Assembly (NCBI GenBank): GCA_029210695.1
Contig: JARGFH010000022.1
Location: forward strand, 1-59,390
Length of the DNA: 59,390 bases
Reading direction: 5' to 3'
DNA from: Acidimicrobiia bacterium
GTDB lineage: Bacteria; Actinomycetota; Acidimicrobiia; Spongiisociales; JAHEDJ01
How positions within the stretch are numbered: position 1 is the stretch's first letter; every line of letters begins with the position of its first letter. The notes beneath the pieces are model-generated. The model saw only the letters and a program-made list of their open reading frames with translations, was not told where the DNA came from and did no database searches. A program made the translations under genes and the position numbers. Below, piece by piece: positions 28,290-38,495 of the stretch.

Positions 28290-31200
28290 GCAAAGCAAAG
28301 CCCGAGTTCGCGACCAACCGTTCGGATGAGATGGTGGCCGATGCGCTGCGTAGTCATCTCGGCTACTTGCTGGAGACGTGGGCGAAACCGTTCGAGGTGG
28401 CGGTCGCAACTGCCTACTTCAACTCGGGTGGATTCGGTCTGATTGCCAACGAGTTGGAGAGGGTCGGTGAAGTGCGGTTGTTGTTGGGGGCGGAGCCGGA
28501 TGCGCGTGAGTGGCGTATCCGCAACCTGGACCCGAAGACCCCCCCGCAACGAGCGGAGCGGGCTCGTCTCCGCAACGCTCTGGTTGGTCATGAGCGGGAG
28601 ATCGAACAGGACCGGGATCTGCTCGGGTTTGAGATCGAAGCGGATGCTGGCGCAAAAAGGCTGATCGAGTGGTTGCGTTCGGGCCGGGTCGAGGTGCGCC
28701 GTTTCGAGGAGGGCTTCCTGCACGGGAAGGCGTTCCTGGTCACCACCGATGATGAGGGTGTTGTGGCCGGATCATCGAACTTCACTTACGCCGGGTTGGC
28801 CAAGAACCTCGAGTTGAACTTGGGCCACTATCAGCCGCACGTGGTCAAGCAGGTGCGGGAGTGGTACGAGGAGCTGTGGAAGGATGCAGTCCCGTTCGAC
28901 CTCGCCGAAATCTATGACGCCCGGTTCGAACCCCACAACCCTTACCTGATCTATTTGCGGATGCTGTACGAGCGGTACGGTCGGGAGATCGAGGACGAGG
29001 CCCGCGACGCCGGCACGGGTATCCATCTGACAGAGTTCCAGCGGGACGGTGTGTGGCGTGCCCGGCGGATCCTCGACCGGTACACCGGGGTGCTGGTCGC
29101 CGACGGAGTCGGGTTGGGCAAATCGTTCATCGCCGGGGAGCTGATCCGAGAAGCGGTGATCGATCGCAGGCAGCGGGTGCTGTTGGTGGCGCCGGCGGCG
29201 CTACGGGACGGGATGTGGAGGAAGTTCCTGCTCACCCACCAGCTCGGAGTGGAGATCAAGTCCTATGAAGAACTCTCCGAGGACCCAAGACTCAATCCCC
29301 AAGGTGCCGGGTCAGGCTTGGCTTTCGGCTTAAACGACTATGCGATGGTCGTGATCGACGAATCGCACGCCTACCGCAACCCGGAAACGCTCCGTGCCGA
29401 GGTGCTGCGGAAACTGTTGGGGGGAACCCCACCCAAGGAGCTGGTCCTGTTGACAGCCACCCCGGTGAACAACAGCCTGTGGGACCTTTACTACCTGCTC
29501 AACTACTTCGTGAAGAACGACGCAGCGTTCGCCGACACGGGGATCCGGAGCCTTCGAGACCATTTCGCTCAGGCGATGGCGGAAGACCCCGACGACCTGA
29601 CCCCCGACCGGCTGTTCGATGTCCTGGACGCGGTGGCAGTGCGCCGGACCCGCCACTTCGTGAAGCGCTACTACCCGAACGACTCCATCACCCTCGACGG
29701 CATCCAGGTGCAGATCACGTTCCCGAAACCGGTCGTGCACAAGGTGACCTATAACCTCGATGACGTGCTGCCGGGGTTCTTCGAAAGGTTCGCTCATGCT
29801 CTCGACTGTGATGAACCCGATTGTGGCCGCGACGATCACGCCTCGGTGCAGGGTGAACCGGTCCTGCATCTCGCCCGGTACAGCCCGACCCGTTTCTTGC
29901 GGAACCTCGATGATCTCCTTGATGCCGATACCGAGCAAGGTGTCGAGGTGCGGCGCAGGCGGTCCTCTGAAATCCCACTTGGTGGTCTGCTGCGGTCAGG
30001 GCTGTTGAAACGGTTCGAGTCGTCCGCTCACGCTTTCGCCAAGACTTGCCGCCGGATGGCCGGAAGCCACGATGGTTTCTTGGATCTTCTCGGCGTCGGG
30101 AAGGTAGCGACCGGGGAAGCGTTAGCCGAATGGCTGAAGGCCGACACCGACGAACTGGACGCATACCTAGAGGAACATGGCGACCTCGACGACGCTGATC
30201 TCTACGACACCGATACTCTCCGCGCTGCCGTCAAGGCTGACCGGAAGTTACTGCTCGACTTCGCCGGCCAGGCGGAGACGGTCACCTGGGACCGGGACCC
30301 GAAACTCACCGCTTTGGTCGAGGAGATGCGGGAGATCCTCACCCAGGCAGAGGATGAAAAGATCGGCGAGGAGGATGCACGCAACCGGCGAAAGGTGCTG
30401 GTGTTCTCCTATTTCGCTGATACCGCCAGGTGGATCACCGACTACCTCGAGGACGTCTTCGCCACCGAACCCGACCTGACACCTTACAGGGATCGACTGG
30501 CGCAGATCACCGGTTCCGCGGGCGATAGGAGCGAGGTGCTGTTTGGGTTCGCCCCAGTGTCCAGCGAAGCACCGGAGGGCTTGAACCAGGACCGTTTCGA
30601 CGTCCTAGTCTCCACCGATGTGCTCGCCGAGGGCGTCAACCTGCAGCAAGCCCGCCACATCATCAACTTCGACCTGCCCTGGAACCCGATGCGGATGGTG
30701 CAGCGCCACGGGCGGATCGACCGGATCGGCTCCCTCCATGACCGGGTGTACGTCCGCTGTTTCTTCCCCGACCAGCAGTTGGACGGGCTCCTGGGTTTGG
30801 AGGAGCGACTGCACAACAAGATCACCCAAGCGGCACGCACCATTGGGGTCGAGGGCGAGGTGCTGCCCGGTTCGGAGACAAGCGACCGGGTCTTTGCCGA
30901 GACCCGCGAGGAGATCGAACGGCTTCGCCGGGAGGAAACCACCCTGTTCGAAACTGGAGGTGAGGGTGGACACGCCTACTCGGGCGAGGAGTACCGTCAG
31001 GAACTCCGCCAGGGACTAGCTGACCCCGACACTGCCCGGCTGATCAAGGCTCTCCCGTGGGGGTCCGGCAGCGGCATGGTCCGGGCCGGCGCCAGCCCAG
31101 GGTTCGTGTTCTGTGCCCGGGTCGGCGACCACCCCGAACCTCTCTACCGGTACGTCGAAATGACAGACACCGGCGAAACGGACATTGTCGCCGACACGCT

Positions 31201-31690
31201 CACCTGTCTCGCCCATGCCCACGCCGGCGTCGACAGCGACAGAGTGCTCAGCGACGACACCCACCGGACCGCCTACGATGCTTGGGCGGCCGCCCGACAG
31301 CACATCCTCGACGAATGGACGCTTGCGACCGACCCGGCCAACCTGCAACCGTCCGTCCCGAAAACAATGCGGGACGCCGCCCAGCTGATTCGCGACTACC
31401 CGCCGGCTGGACTCACCCAAGACGAGGTTGACCGGCTGGTTGATACCCTGGAGGCGCCGTACGGGAATCGCATCCAGCGGGTGATCCGGGCGGCGATGCG
31501 CTCATCCGAGGATCCCCGCCAAGCAGCGGTAGCCATCGCACAAGCGGTAGAGGAGCAGGGTCTCGAACCGGCCCCACCAGTGGAGCCGCTCCCGGTGATC
31601 ATCGCCGATGACATCCACCTGGTCTGCTGGCAAGCGATCGTCCCCTCGGAGACCACCGGAGAACCTCCAGGTAACGATCGTCGGTTATGA
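28286..31690 (+). CDS. PLD nuclease-SNF2 helicase fusion
   Basis: HGK...GSSNFT (PLD); ADGVGLGKS, DESH, TATP, EGVNLQ, QRHGRIDRIG. Confidence 0.9.
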   Translation: MSKAKPEFATNRSDEMVADALRSHLGYLLETWAKPFEVAVATAYFNSGGFGLIANELERVGEVRLLLGAEPDAREWRIRNLDPKTPPQRAERARLRNALVGHEREIEQDRDLLGFEIEADAGAKRLIEWLRSGRVEVRRFEEGFLHGKAFLVTTDDEGVVAGSSNFTYAGLAKNLELNLGHYQPHVVKQVREWYEELWKDAVPFDLAEIYDARFEPHNPYLIYLRMLYERYGREIEDEARDAGTGIHLTEFQRDGVWRARRILDRYTGVLVADGVGLGKSFIAGELIREAVIDRRQRVLLVAPAALRDGMWRKFLLTHQLGVEIKSYEELSEDPRLNPQGAGSGLAFGLNDYAMVVIDESHAYRNPETLRAEVLRKLLGGTPPKELVLLTATPVNNSLWDLYYLLNYFVKNDAAFADTGIRSLRDHFAQAMAEDPDDLTPDRLFDVLDAVAVRRTRHFVKRYYPNDSITLDGIQVQITFPKPVVHKVTYNLDDVLPGFFERFAHALDCDEPDCGRDDHASVQGEPVLHLARYSPTRFLRNLDDLLDADTEQGVEVRRRRSSEIPLGGLLRSGLLKRFESSAHAFAKTCRRMAGSHDGFLDLLGVGKVATGEALAEWLKADTDELDAYLEEHGDLDDADLYDTDTLRAAVKADRKLLLDFAGQAETVTWDRDPKLTALVEEMREILTQAEDEKIGEEDARNRRKVLVFSYFADTARWITDYLEDVFATEPDLTPYRDRLAQITGSAGDRSEVLFGFAPVSSEAPEGLNQDRFDVLVSTDVLAEGVNLQQARHIINFDLPWNPMRMVQRHGRIDRIGSLHDRVYVRCFFPDQQLDGLLGLEERLHNKITQAARTIGVEGEVLPGSETSDRVFAETREEIERLRREETTLFETGGEGGHAYSGEEYRQELRQGLADPDTARLIKALPWGSGSGMVRAGASPGFVFCARVGDHPEPLYRYVEMTDTGETDIVADTLTCLAHAHAGVDSDRVLSDDTHRTAYDAWAAARQHILDEWTLATDPANLQPSVPKTMRDAAQLIRDYPPAGLTQDEVDRLVDTLEAPYGNRIQRVIRAAMRSSEDPRQAAVAIAQAVEEQGLEPAPPVEPLPVIIADDIHLVCWQAIVPSETTGEPPGNDRRL

Positions 31691-31844
31691 CGACCGCGAT
31701 CCGCTGGGGCGCATCGAGGCAGCGGTACTCGACATCCTCGCCGCCCCTTGAACCTCGAGGGCAGGCCGAGCACATCCCCCCGGCAGCAATTGACGGGTTT
31801 CCGCAGGCGGATCACCTCGAGCGACTGAGCGCCTTCGAATCAGA

Positions 31845-34800
31845 TCAGCGAGCGATTGCGTCAAGGCCTCGACTGTTTGAACCGTTCAGTTCTCGGACAT
31901 CTTCTTCAATGCTCCGGCGGGCGACCATCCATGATGCTCGTCTGACAACGTCCCAACTGGGAGGCTGAGGACCCAAGAGATTGCGGGCATCGTCGGGGAC
32001 ATCAAGATGGGTTCGGATGTAAACCACTCGATCGACGATCCGCTCCCACGCTGCGCGTCGATCGGGGTCGGCGGGCCGCTCGCCGATGACATCGACGATC
32101 CATCCAGGTGGCTCGTACGCGATGGCGTCGAGCCGGTCTCGATGTCGGGCCCGTGTCTCCTGGTGGAGGGCGATGTATTCAGCAAGAAGTTCGTCCCGAC
32201 CTTCGACGGACTCGGTGACTCGTCTGGAATCAAGTTGTACTTCCAGGGCCGCCACGCGCTCGTTCAGTTGTCGGTCGGTGAGGGTCCGGGGTCCCCGTCC
32301 GGTGTCAGAAGCCGCCGGCTCCGTGGCCGTCCGGCCTAGGGCCGTGATGAGGGTGGGCAGCCGCTCGGGGTGTTGGTGGGTCAGGTGCGTGCATTCGCTC
32401 TCGTTGAGGTCTGGATCGGTGAGGTAGAGCGTGTTGGCTTCGCGGCCTCGGCTCATGGTGACGTAGATCCATTCTCGGTCGACGCCGTCCCCAGCGACCG
32501 TGTGGGCACGCCGGGCGGTTGCGCCTTGGGCCTTGTGGCCCGTGAGGGCGTAGCCCCAGTCGAGGTTGCCTTCGTCGATGTACCAATGTGGGACGGTCAC
32601 AATCTTGTCGTTGCGGTCGAGTCTGAGCGTGATCGTGCGCCGTTCGGTGTCGATTCCGGTGACGGTGGCGAGGTCGCCGTTGAGCACACCCAGCTTGGGG
32701 CGGTTCTTGAGGCACACGGCTCTGTCTCCAGTCTGGAACTGGCGGTCGCCAGCGTTCACCGTCGGTCCGTGGAGCAATCCGGATTCAGCGATGCGGGCGC
32801 GAGCCTGCTGGTTGAGCTGGTCGACGGTGGTGTTGCGGTGCCCAATGAGTAGCACTTGGGCGGGGCCACCGGTGTCTTGGACGTCGCGGTGCCAGGCGGC
32901 GACGGCTTGGGTGATGGGGTCATCGGGGGTGGCGGCAACGTTGATCAGTCCGCGCCGGTCGTACATGGCTACCGCCCGGGAGATCGAACCATGGCGGAGT
33001 TCCGCCAGTGCGGTTCGCTCCCATTCCTGGTCCTGTCGGACGTTCTCGGTCAGCTCGATGGCGGGGAGGCGAGCCGTGAGCGCGGCGAACAGGCCGCCGG
33101 CGTCGATCTCGGCGAGTTGGCGGTGGTCGCCGATCAGGATGAGTTTCCCGGATGCTGATTCGACCAGGTCGGAGACCTCGGCGAGGTGGCGGCTGCCGAC
33201 CATGCCTGCCTCGTCGACGACAACGATGGCACCGGTTGGGAGGCCACCGGATGCTTTGGTTTCCCATAGGAAGCGGGTGATGGTGGCTGAGGGGATGCCG
33301 GTGGCGGTTTCGAATCCGGCGGCGGCTCGGGCGGCCAGCGCCGTTCCAATGACGGGGGTTCCAGTTTCGGTGGCGAGTTCCTCGATGGTGGCCATGACGG
33401 TCGTCTTGCCGGTCCCGGCCGCTCCAACGCCGATGTCGATAGCGTTTCCGGAATTGGCGAACTGACGGACCATCGCCCGCTGCCCATCGGTGAGGTTCTG
33501 TTGAGTCGCGAGAACGGCATCGACACGCGCCTCAGGGACAATCCACCGTTGGGCTGCGATTCCGTTCTGGGCGCGGTCGATGATTCGCTGTTCGATGGTT
33601 AGGAGTTCGGCGGTGGTGTAGCGGCGTTCGTTGACCAGTCCGGGAAAGGTGTCGCCGTTCGCGCGTCGCATGATGGGAGCGTTCGCCGAGTTGACGAGTT
33701 CGAGGAGTCGGTCGAGTTCGGCGGGCTCAAGGTTGATCGACAGGTCACCCAGTGGGTCCGTCGCTAAATGACTCGGGAGGATCGGGATCACTTCAGCACG
33801 GTGCAGGAAGGTGTCGGCGAGGCCCTCGATCTGGGCTCGTCGTCCTCCTTCAGGCAAAGCCTCTGCGGCGGCGGCGATCACGTCCGCTCGCCCAAAGGTG
33901 GATGCCTGGGCGGTGAGCCCCTCGGCCGATGCCATACGATCGAATACCGGTTCGGGCTCAGGCATTTCGACCTCGCGCCCTTGCTCAAGGAACGCGGCCA
34001 CCGAGGCTGGGGTCAGCCCGACGTCGGCGCCGCGATCGAGCCACGAGGGCATTAGAGCATCGACCGGGTGTTCTTGCTTGGGTGTGCGAGTTGCCAGGGT
34101 GGCGGTTTCGTTGGCAGCTGGGGTGTCGGCGAAGCCGTGCGAGTCCCGCCACTCCTCGATTTCCTGGCGTCGCTGGGAGAAGGCCGTGATCTGGTCGCGG
34201 GTGAAGCCTTCGATGTCGGCCATCCCGTTGCGGACGGGCTGCCAGCGAACACCGAGTCGTTCGCTGAGCCGACTGCGCAGTTCCGCTTCGTGGAGGTATC
34301 CGGCGTCGAGTTGGTGACGGTACAAGAGTCGTCCATCGATGGCCCGCCAGACGCCGTCGACACCCTCGACCCGGTTGCCTACGACGACGTGGGTGTGGAG
34401 CTGGGGGTCGTCGCTGCGGCTGGTGAACTCGGTGAACCACGCGGCCAGGTACCCGGTGGTCCGAATCGGCCAGGTTTCCACTCGAAAGCGGGTCGTCCCA
34501 TCGTGATCGAGGATCGGCTTGCCTCCGCGATCGGTGACGGGCACCCGGGATGCTCCCCGGGTCGAGGAAGCGACCGACTCCAGGTAGGCGACCGCCTCGG
34601 CGGTGGCTTCCTCGAACGCCTCGACGACGTGCCTGCGGACCTCATCGTCCCCGAACGCCCACAGCAGCGACACCGACTTGTCCGCCGAGAACGTCAGATC
34701 CCACGCCGCGACCCCGTCCTTGCGAAGCTGCCGCCCGAGCTGCTCCCCCGTCGCGGGGTGCTGACCGTCGAACAGTCGGACCAGGCCCTCGGCCGACACG

Positions 34801-34946
34801 GTTCCCGTCAGGCCTTGTTCGGCGGCGCCGGTGCCGTGCCAGCGACCGGTGGCATTTCCGCCTCGCAGGTAGTAGTCCTCGCGGGGCGAGATCTCGCTCG
34901 TCTTGCGAAGGTAGTAGTCCTTGCGGGCCTTGGCGAGACTCAGCAT
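31845..34946 (-). CDS. MOBF (TrwC-like) relaxase-helicase
   Basis: DYYL x2, DLTFSADKSVS, TSR..DPQLHTH; helicase GAAGTGKT, VDEAGM, YALTGHKAQG. Confidence 0.93.
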   Translation of the reverse strand: MLSLAKARKDYYLRKTSEISPREDYYLRGGNATGRWHGTGAAEQGLTGTVSAEGLVRLFDGQHPATGEQLGRQLRKDGVAAWDLTFSADKSVSLLWAFGDDEVRRHVVEAFEEATAEAVAYLESVASSTRGASRVPVTDRGGKPILDHDGTTRFRVETWPIRTTGYLAAWFTEFTSRSDDPQLHTHVVVGNRVEGVDGVWRAIDGRLLYRHQLDAGYLHEAELRSRLSERLGVRWQPVRNGMADIEGFTRDQITAFSQRRQEIEEWRDSHGFADTPAANETATLATRTPKQEHPVDALMPSWLDRGADVGLTPASVAAFLEQGREVEMPEPEPVFDRMASAEGLTAQASTFGRADVIAAAAEALPEGGRRAQIEGLADTFLHRAEVIPILPSHLATDPLGDLSINLEPAELDRLLELVNSANAPIMRRANGDTFPGLVNERRYTTAELLTIEQRIIDRAQNGIAAQRWIVPEARVDAVLATQQNLTDGQRAMVRQFANSGNAIDIGVGAAGTGKTTVMATIEELATETGTPVIGTALAARAAAGFETATGIPSATITRFLWETKASGGLPTGAIVVVDEAGMVGSRHLAEVSDLVESASGKLILIGDHRQLAEIDAGGLFAALTARLPAIELTENVRQDQEWERTALAELRHGSISRAVAMYDRRGLINVAATPDDPITQAVAAWHRDVQDTGGPAQVLLIGHRNTTVDQLNQQARARIAESGLLHGPTVNAGDRQFQTGDRAVCLKNRPKLGVLNGDLATVTGIDTERRTITLRLDRNDKIVTVPHWYIDEGNLDWGYALTGHKAQGATARRAHTVAGDGVDREWIYVTMSRGREANTLYLTDPDLNESECTHLTHQHPERLPTLITALGRTATEPAASDTGRGPRTLTDRQLNERVAALEVQLDSRRVTESVEGRDELLAEYIALHQETRARHRDRLDAIAYEPPGWIVDVIGERPADPDRRAAWERIVDRVVYIRTHLDVPDDARNLLGPQPPSWDVVRRASWMVARRSIEEDVRELNGSNSRGLDAIAR

Positions 34947-34982
34947 TCGGACCCTCCAAAACGGCTCGCCGTGAGAGCCCGG

Positions 34983-35010
34983 GCAACTTGTTGCAGGTGC
35001 GTGTGGTGCT
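34983..35010 (+). other. Candidate oriT/nic site
   Basis: GCAAC-TT-GTTGC hairpin followed by AGGTGCGTGTGGTGCT, resembling F/R388-type nic regions, just upstream of the relaxase. Confidence 0.55.
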
Positions 35011-35126
35011 GAGGGGGGTTCAGTCGGCGACGGCTGACAGGGTGCAGTGAGGTGTCGGCGGCGGCGGTCTGGGAGTACTCGGTGGTTGGCATCGGGTTCG
35101 TCTTCTCGATCTGGCTCATAGGGCTA

Positions 35127-35170
35127 ATCGTGGAGGAGGACCCTTTCAGCAGAATGCCATTTGCCCTGTC
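35127..35170 (-). promoter_or_regulatory. ICE box with -10 hexamer facing the relaxase
   Basis: Minus strand GACAGGG-CAAA-TGGCA-TTCTGC-TGAAAGGGTC-N6-CACGAT; ATG at 35119. Confidence 0.65.
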
Positions 35171-35341
35171 CGACGAGGACAATCTTGCCGAATCTCACTC
35201 CGTCGATGACGGGGATCTGGCGTTGGGGGCCGCCGCGGCCAAGAAACGGCAACTGAGCGCTGCTCCGCCGGCACATCCAGAAACGCCCTGGTTCCTTCGG
35301 ATTCCGAGCCAGCAACGTCGGCCGGCGGCGCACGGACCCGA

Positions 35342-35421
35342 TTGGAGGGTTCTTGAAAGGGCTACGAACACTCTGGTGAGAGGGTTGCTGACACTCTGGT
35401 GAAAGGGTTGGGCTGCACTAT
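35342..35421 (+). promoter_or_regulatory. Tandem ICE boxes with -10 hexamer; probable leaderless promoter of ArdC-primase
   Basis: TGA(A/G)AGGG at 35354, 35377 and 35400 (23-bp period), then CACTAT, 6 nt, GTG. Confidence 0.78.
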
Positions 35422-35427
35422 CGAAGC

Positions 35428-37365
35428 GTGGAAACAGCAGAACGAAAGACCAGCGGAGACGATGCGGTGGATCGACTCCACCAGCAGCTCCAGGACTCGC
35501 TGCAGGAACTCGTCACCTCGGAGGATTGGCAGCGGGCGCTGTCGGTCGCGGCCCGCTTCCACGACTACTCGTTCGCCAACACCCGCTTGATCTGGGCCCA
35601 GTCGATCGCTCGCGGGTCTACGCTGAGCCGGGTTGCCGGCTATCGGGCTTGGCAGAAACTCGGCCGCCACGTCCGCAAGGGTGAGCGGGGACTCCAGATC
35701 CTTGCCCCGGTCATCCGCAAGGTCACACCCGACAACGGAGAGGAGGAAGAGCGCCGGGTCGTCGGGTTCCGAGTCGTCCACGTCTTCGACATCGCCCAGA
35801 CCGACGGCGACCCCCTCCCCGAGGTGCCGATCACGCTCGTCGAAGGCGATCTCCCCTCTCACTGGGAGCAAGTTCGTGGGCTCATCACCGAATCCGGTTT
35901 CGACCTCCAGGTCGCCGACATCGAGCGGCTCGGTGAAGCCAACGGCATCACCGACTGGAAGCGACGAGACGTGGTTGTGCGTGCCAGCCTGCCCGGCGCC
36001 CAGCGGTTCAAGACAGCAGTTCACGAACTCGCCCACATCCGGCTGCACGAGCCGAACTCCGACGGTCGGCCTTCGTGTCGGGGCATCGTCGAGGTTGAGG
36101 CCGAGTCCGTCGCGTACATGGTCTGTGCCGGTTTGGGGATCGACAGTGCTGGCTATAGCCTCGGATATGTGGCGTCGTGGAGCGGAGGCGACCTCACCAA
36201 GGTGGCCGCCACCGCCAACCGGGTGATCGGTTGTGCTCGCCAGGTGCTCGCCCAGATCGAGCAGGAACGCCAACTCGGCCGTGAGGCGGTTTCGTCCGGT
36301 TCCCGGATGGAAGTACGGGATCGGGAGTCTCCACAGCGGACACCAGCGCCTACCGCCCGATCGGACCTCGAGGCGGCCGTCAACGCCGCCACGGCGTTTT
36401 ACCAACGCCAACTCCACGAGCCAGCCGGGGCGGCGGCAGTCGAGTGTCTCGGCGGCCGTGGCATCGACACGGAGGCGATCGATCTGTGGCAGCTGGGCTA
36501 TGCACCCGACTCATGGCAGGCGTTGACCACGGCGCTCCGCAAGCAAGGCTTCAGCGATGACCTACTCCTCGGGGCCGGCGTTGCCGGCCGATCTCGGTAC
36601 GCGCGCGTCTACGACCGGATGCGCAATCGAGTGATCTTTCCCATCCATGATGAGCACGGTGAACCAAGAGGCTTCGCCGGACGGCTCCTCACCGGAGACG
36701 GGCCTAAGTATCTCAACACTCCCGAGACCGACCTGTACCAGAAGCGGTCCTTGCTCTACGGCTTCCACCTCGCCCGCCAGCCCATCGTCGAGACCGGCAA
36801 CGCAGTCGTCGTTGAGGGCTACACCGATGCCATCGCCGCCCACCAAGCGGGGATCACCAACGTCGTGGCAACGGCCGGCACAGCCCTCACTCCGGAGCAC
36901 CTGGAGACGCTCAGCCGGATAACCGCCAACGTGACTCTCCTCTTCGACGGAGATCAGGCCGGCGTATTAGCAGTCGAGCGTGCAGGTGTCCTCGACCAGG
37001 CCAAGAACTCCATACGGGTTTCGGTCGCACACCTTCCTCCGGGGCTCGATCCAGCGGAGCTTCTCGCACGTGACACACAAGCTCTCATGCAGGTACTCAC
37101 CACCGCTGTCCCGATCGAACACCACTTGATCGATCAGATCATCGCCAACCACAACCTCGAGGAACCCGAGGCCATGGCTCGGGCGATCCACGCGGCGACC
37201 GAGGTGATCCGGTCCGTTGGCTATGCGGACATACGCCATGCGGCCACTGCACACCTCGCGACTCGCATCGGTCGAGACGAGCAGCTCATTCACACCTACC
37301 TCGAGCAGAGCCTTCAGCGGCAGCCACACAAGAGGGGCCGAGCACGAACGCTAGGCATCGCCTGA
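35428..37365 (+). CDS. ArdC-like ssDNA-binding/MPTase domains fused to a DnaG-type primase core
   Basis: YSFANT.LI..Q, GYRAWQKLGR.VRKGE, VFDIAQT, HELAH..EVEAES; GYAP, RVIFPI, KYLNTPET, VEGYTD, FDGD. Confidence 0.88.
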   Translation: METAERKTSGDDAVDRLHQQLQDSLQELVTSEDWQRALSVAARFHDYSFANTRLIWAQSIARGSTLSRVAGYRAWQKLGRHVRKGERGLQILAPVIRKVTPDNGEEEERRVVGFRVVHVFDIAQTDGDPLPEVPITLVEGDLPSHWEQVRGLITESGFDLQVADIERLGEANGITDWKRRDVVVRASLPGAQRFKTAVHELAHIRLHEPNSDGRPSCRGIVEVEAESVAYMVCAGLGIDSAGYSLGYVASWSGGDLTKVAATANRVIGCARQVLAQIEQERQLGREAVSSGSRMEVRDRESPQRTPAPTARSDLEAAVNAATAFYQRQLHEPAGAAAVECLGGRGIDTEAIDLWQLGYAPDSWQALTTALRKQGFSDDLLLGAGVAGRSRYARVYDRMRNRVIFPIHDEHGEPRGFAGRLLTGDGPKYLNTPETDLYQKRSLLYGFHLARQPIVETGNAVVVEGYTDAIAAHQAGITNVVATAGTALTPEHLETLSRITANVTLLFDGDQAGVLAVERAGVLDQAKNSIRVSVAHLPPGLDPAELLARDTQALMQVLTTAVPIEHHLIDQIIANHNLEEPEAMARAIHAATEVIRSVGYADIRHAATAHLATRIGRDEQLIHTYLEQSLQRQPHKRGRARTLGIA

Positions 37366-37412
37366 TTCGACCAGCACACAGAAGAGCGCCGGGCCGAACG
37401 CGTCGAAGCCAC

Positions 37413-38489
37413 CTAAAACACCAGTCGCTGTATGAGACTCGGCCATTTGTTGTACTGGTCTCTCTCTCGCTGGAGTCGCCCGGCAACGATCCCTGGATGG
37501 ATACCGATCTCATCGGCGAACGCCACTATGTCCGCTGCGGTATTCAGCTCATCCAGCTCGGCCTCGTACTCGTCGGGAATCAGGGTGCGGGCAGCGAAAG
37601 CTTCAGCCGCACGTTCGATGTCGTCCGTGTCGCCATCGTCCATGTCGATGAACGTCTCGCGTTTGCCGTGTAGAAGAAGGTGACCAGCCTCGTGGAAGAA
37701 GGTGAACCACAGGAAGTCGGCACGGTGGTACCTGCCGCTGAGCTGGATCAGAGCTTTCTCGGGGGTGAGCCACCGAACGGCACCGTTGATGCTGGCGCCC
37801 TGGACCTCGGGCTCGATGACGACTGCGACGCCGGCTTCTGCGCAGACAGACACGAGGGCAGAGGTCCATTGCGGCTGCGTCAAGCGAGTGGCGGCCCGCA
37901 ACTCGCTGAGCGCCTGACGGAATCGCGATCGGTCGAAAGGGGCGCACTCGATCTCCTGCGCTTGGATCTCTCCATACCTCAACCACGCTGCGACCGCTCC
38001 CGGATGACTCGTGAACGCTGGTGATCGACGATACGCGGTCGGTTTCTGCCAGACCGTTTCCCAAGCGGAGCGGTCCGCCACGCCAAAGAAGCGCAGCACC
38101 TCTCGCAACTGGTCGACCTTGTCTCGGCACTTCTCGATCCAGCCACGGCGAATGAGCTCAGCTACCGGAAGCTCGTCGAGCCACGTCACGTCACCAGCAA
38201 ACTCCGACTCCTCCTGCATGCGGGAGAGGTGCTCCCGGTAGTGAGCTTCAAGCCCGTTCCACATCGCCGCCGATATGCCCGTGACCTTCTCGAGCCGCAG
38301 CGCCGTATCTGGAGACAGAGCAGCCGATCCCTTGATGATCTGGTTGAGGTGTTTCCTTGAGATGCCGGCACGATTAGCGACCGCTGCCTGCGTGTAGCCG
38401 AGTTCATCGAGCGCTGCAGCCAGGGTCGTCCCAGGCGAGCGCGCGTAGTCCGGCGTAAACCGAGTGCGTGCTTGCTGTTCGCCCATCAT
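37413..38489 (-). CDS. higA: HigA-type HTH antitoxin with ImmA/IrrE peptidase domain
   Basis: SPG..L, XRE HTH, ALRLEKV; WFTFFHEAGH.LLH. Confidence 0.85.
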   Translation of the reverse strand: MMGEQQARTRFTPDYARSPGTTLAAALDELGYTQAAVANRAGISRKHLNQIIKGSAALSPDTALRLEKVTGISAAMWNGLEAHYREHLSRMQEESEFAGDVTWLDELPVAELIRRGWIEKCRDKVDQLREVLRFFGVADRSAWETVWQKPTAYRRSPAFTSHPGAVAAWLRYGEIQAQEIECAPFDRSRFRQALSELRAATRLTQPQWTSALVSVCAEAGVAVVIEPEVQGASINGAVRWLTPEKALIQLSGRYHRADFLWFTFFHEAGHLLLHGKRETFIDMDDGDTDDIERAAEAFAARTLIPDEYEAELDELNTAADIVAFADEIGIHPGIVAGRLQRERDQYNKWPSLIQRLVF

Positions 38490-38495
38490 GTCTCC

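Noticed and set aside
34940..35119. 59-aa ORF ahead of the relaxase as a relaxosome accessory protein
   Set aside because: It has a plausible leaderless start but no ribbon-helix-helix pattern, and it runs across the candidate oriT.
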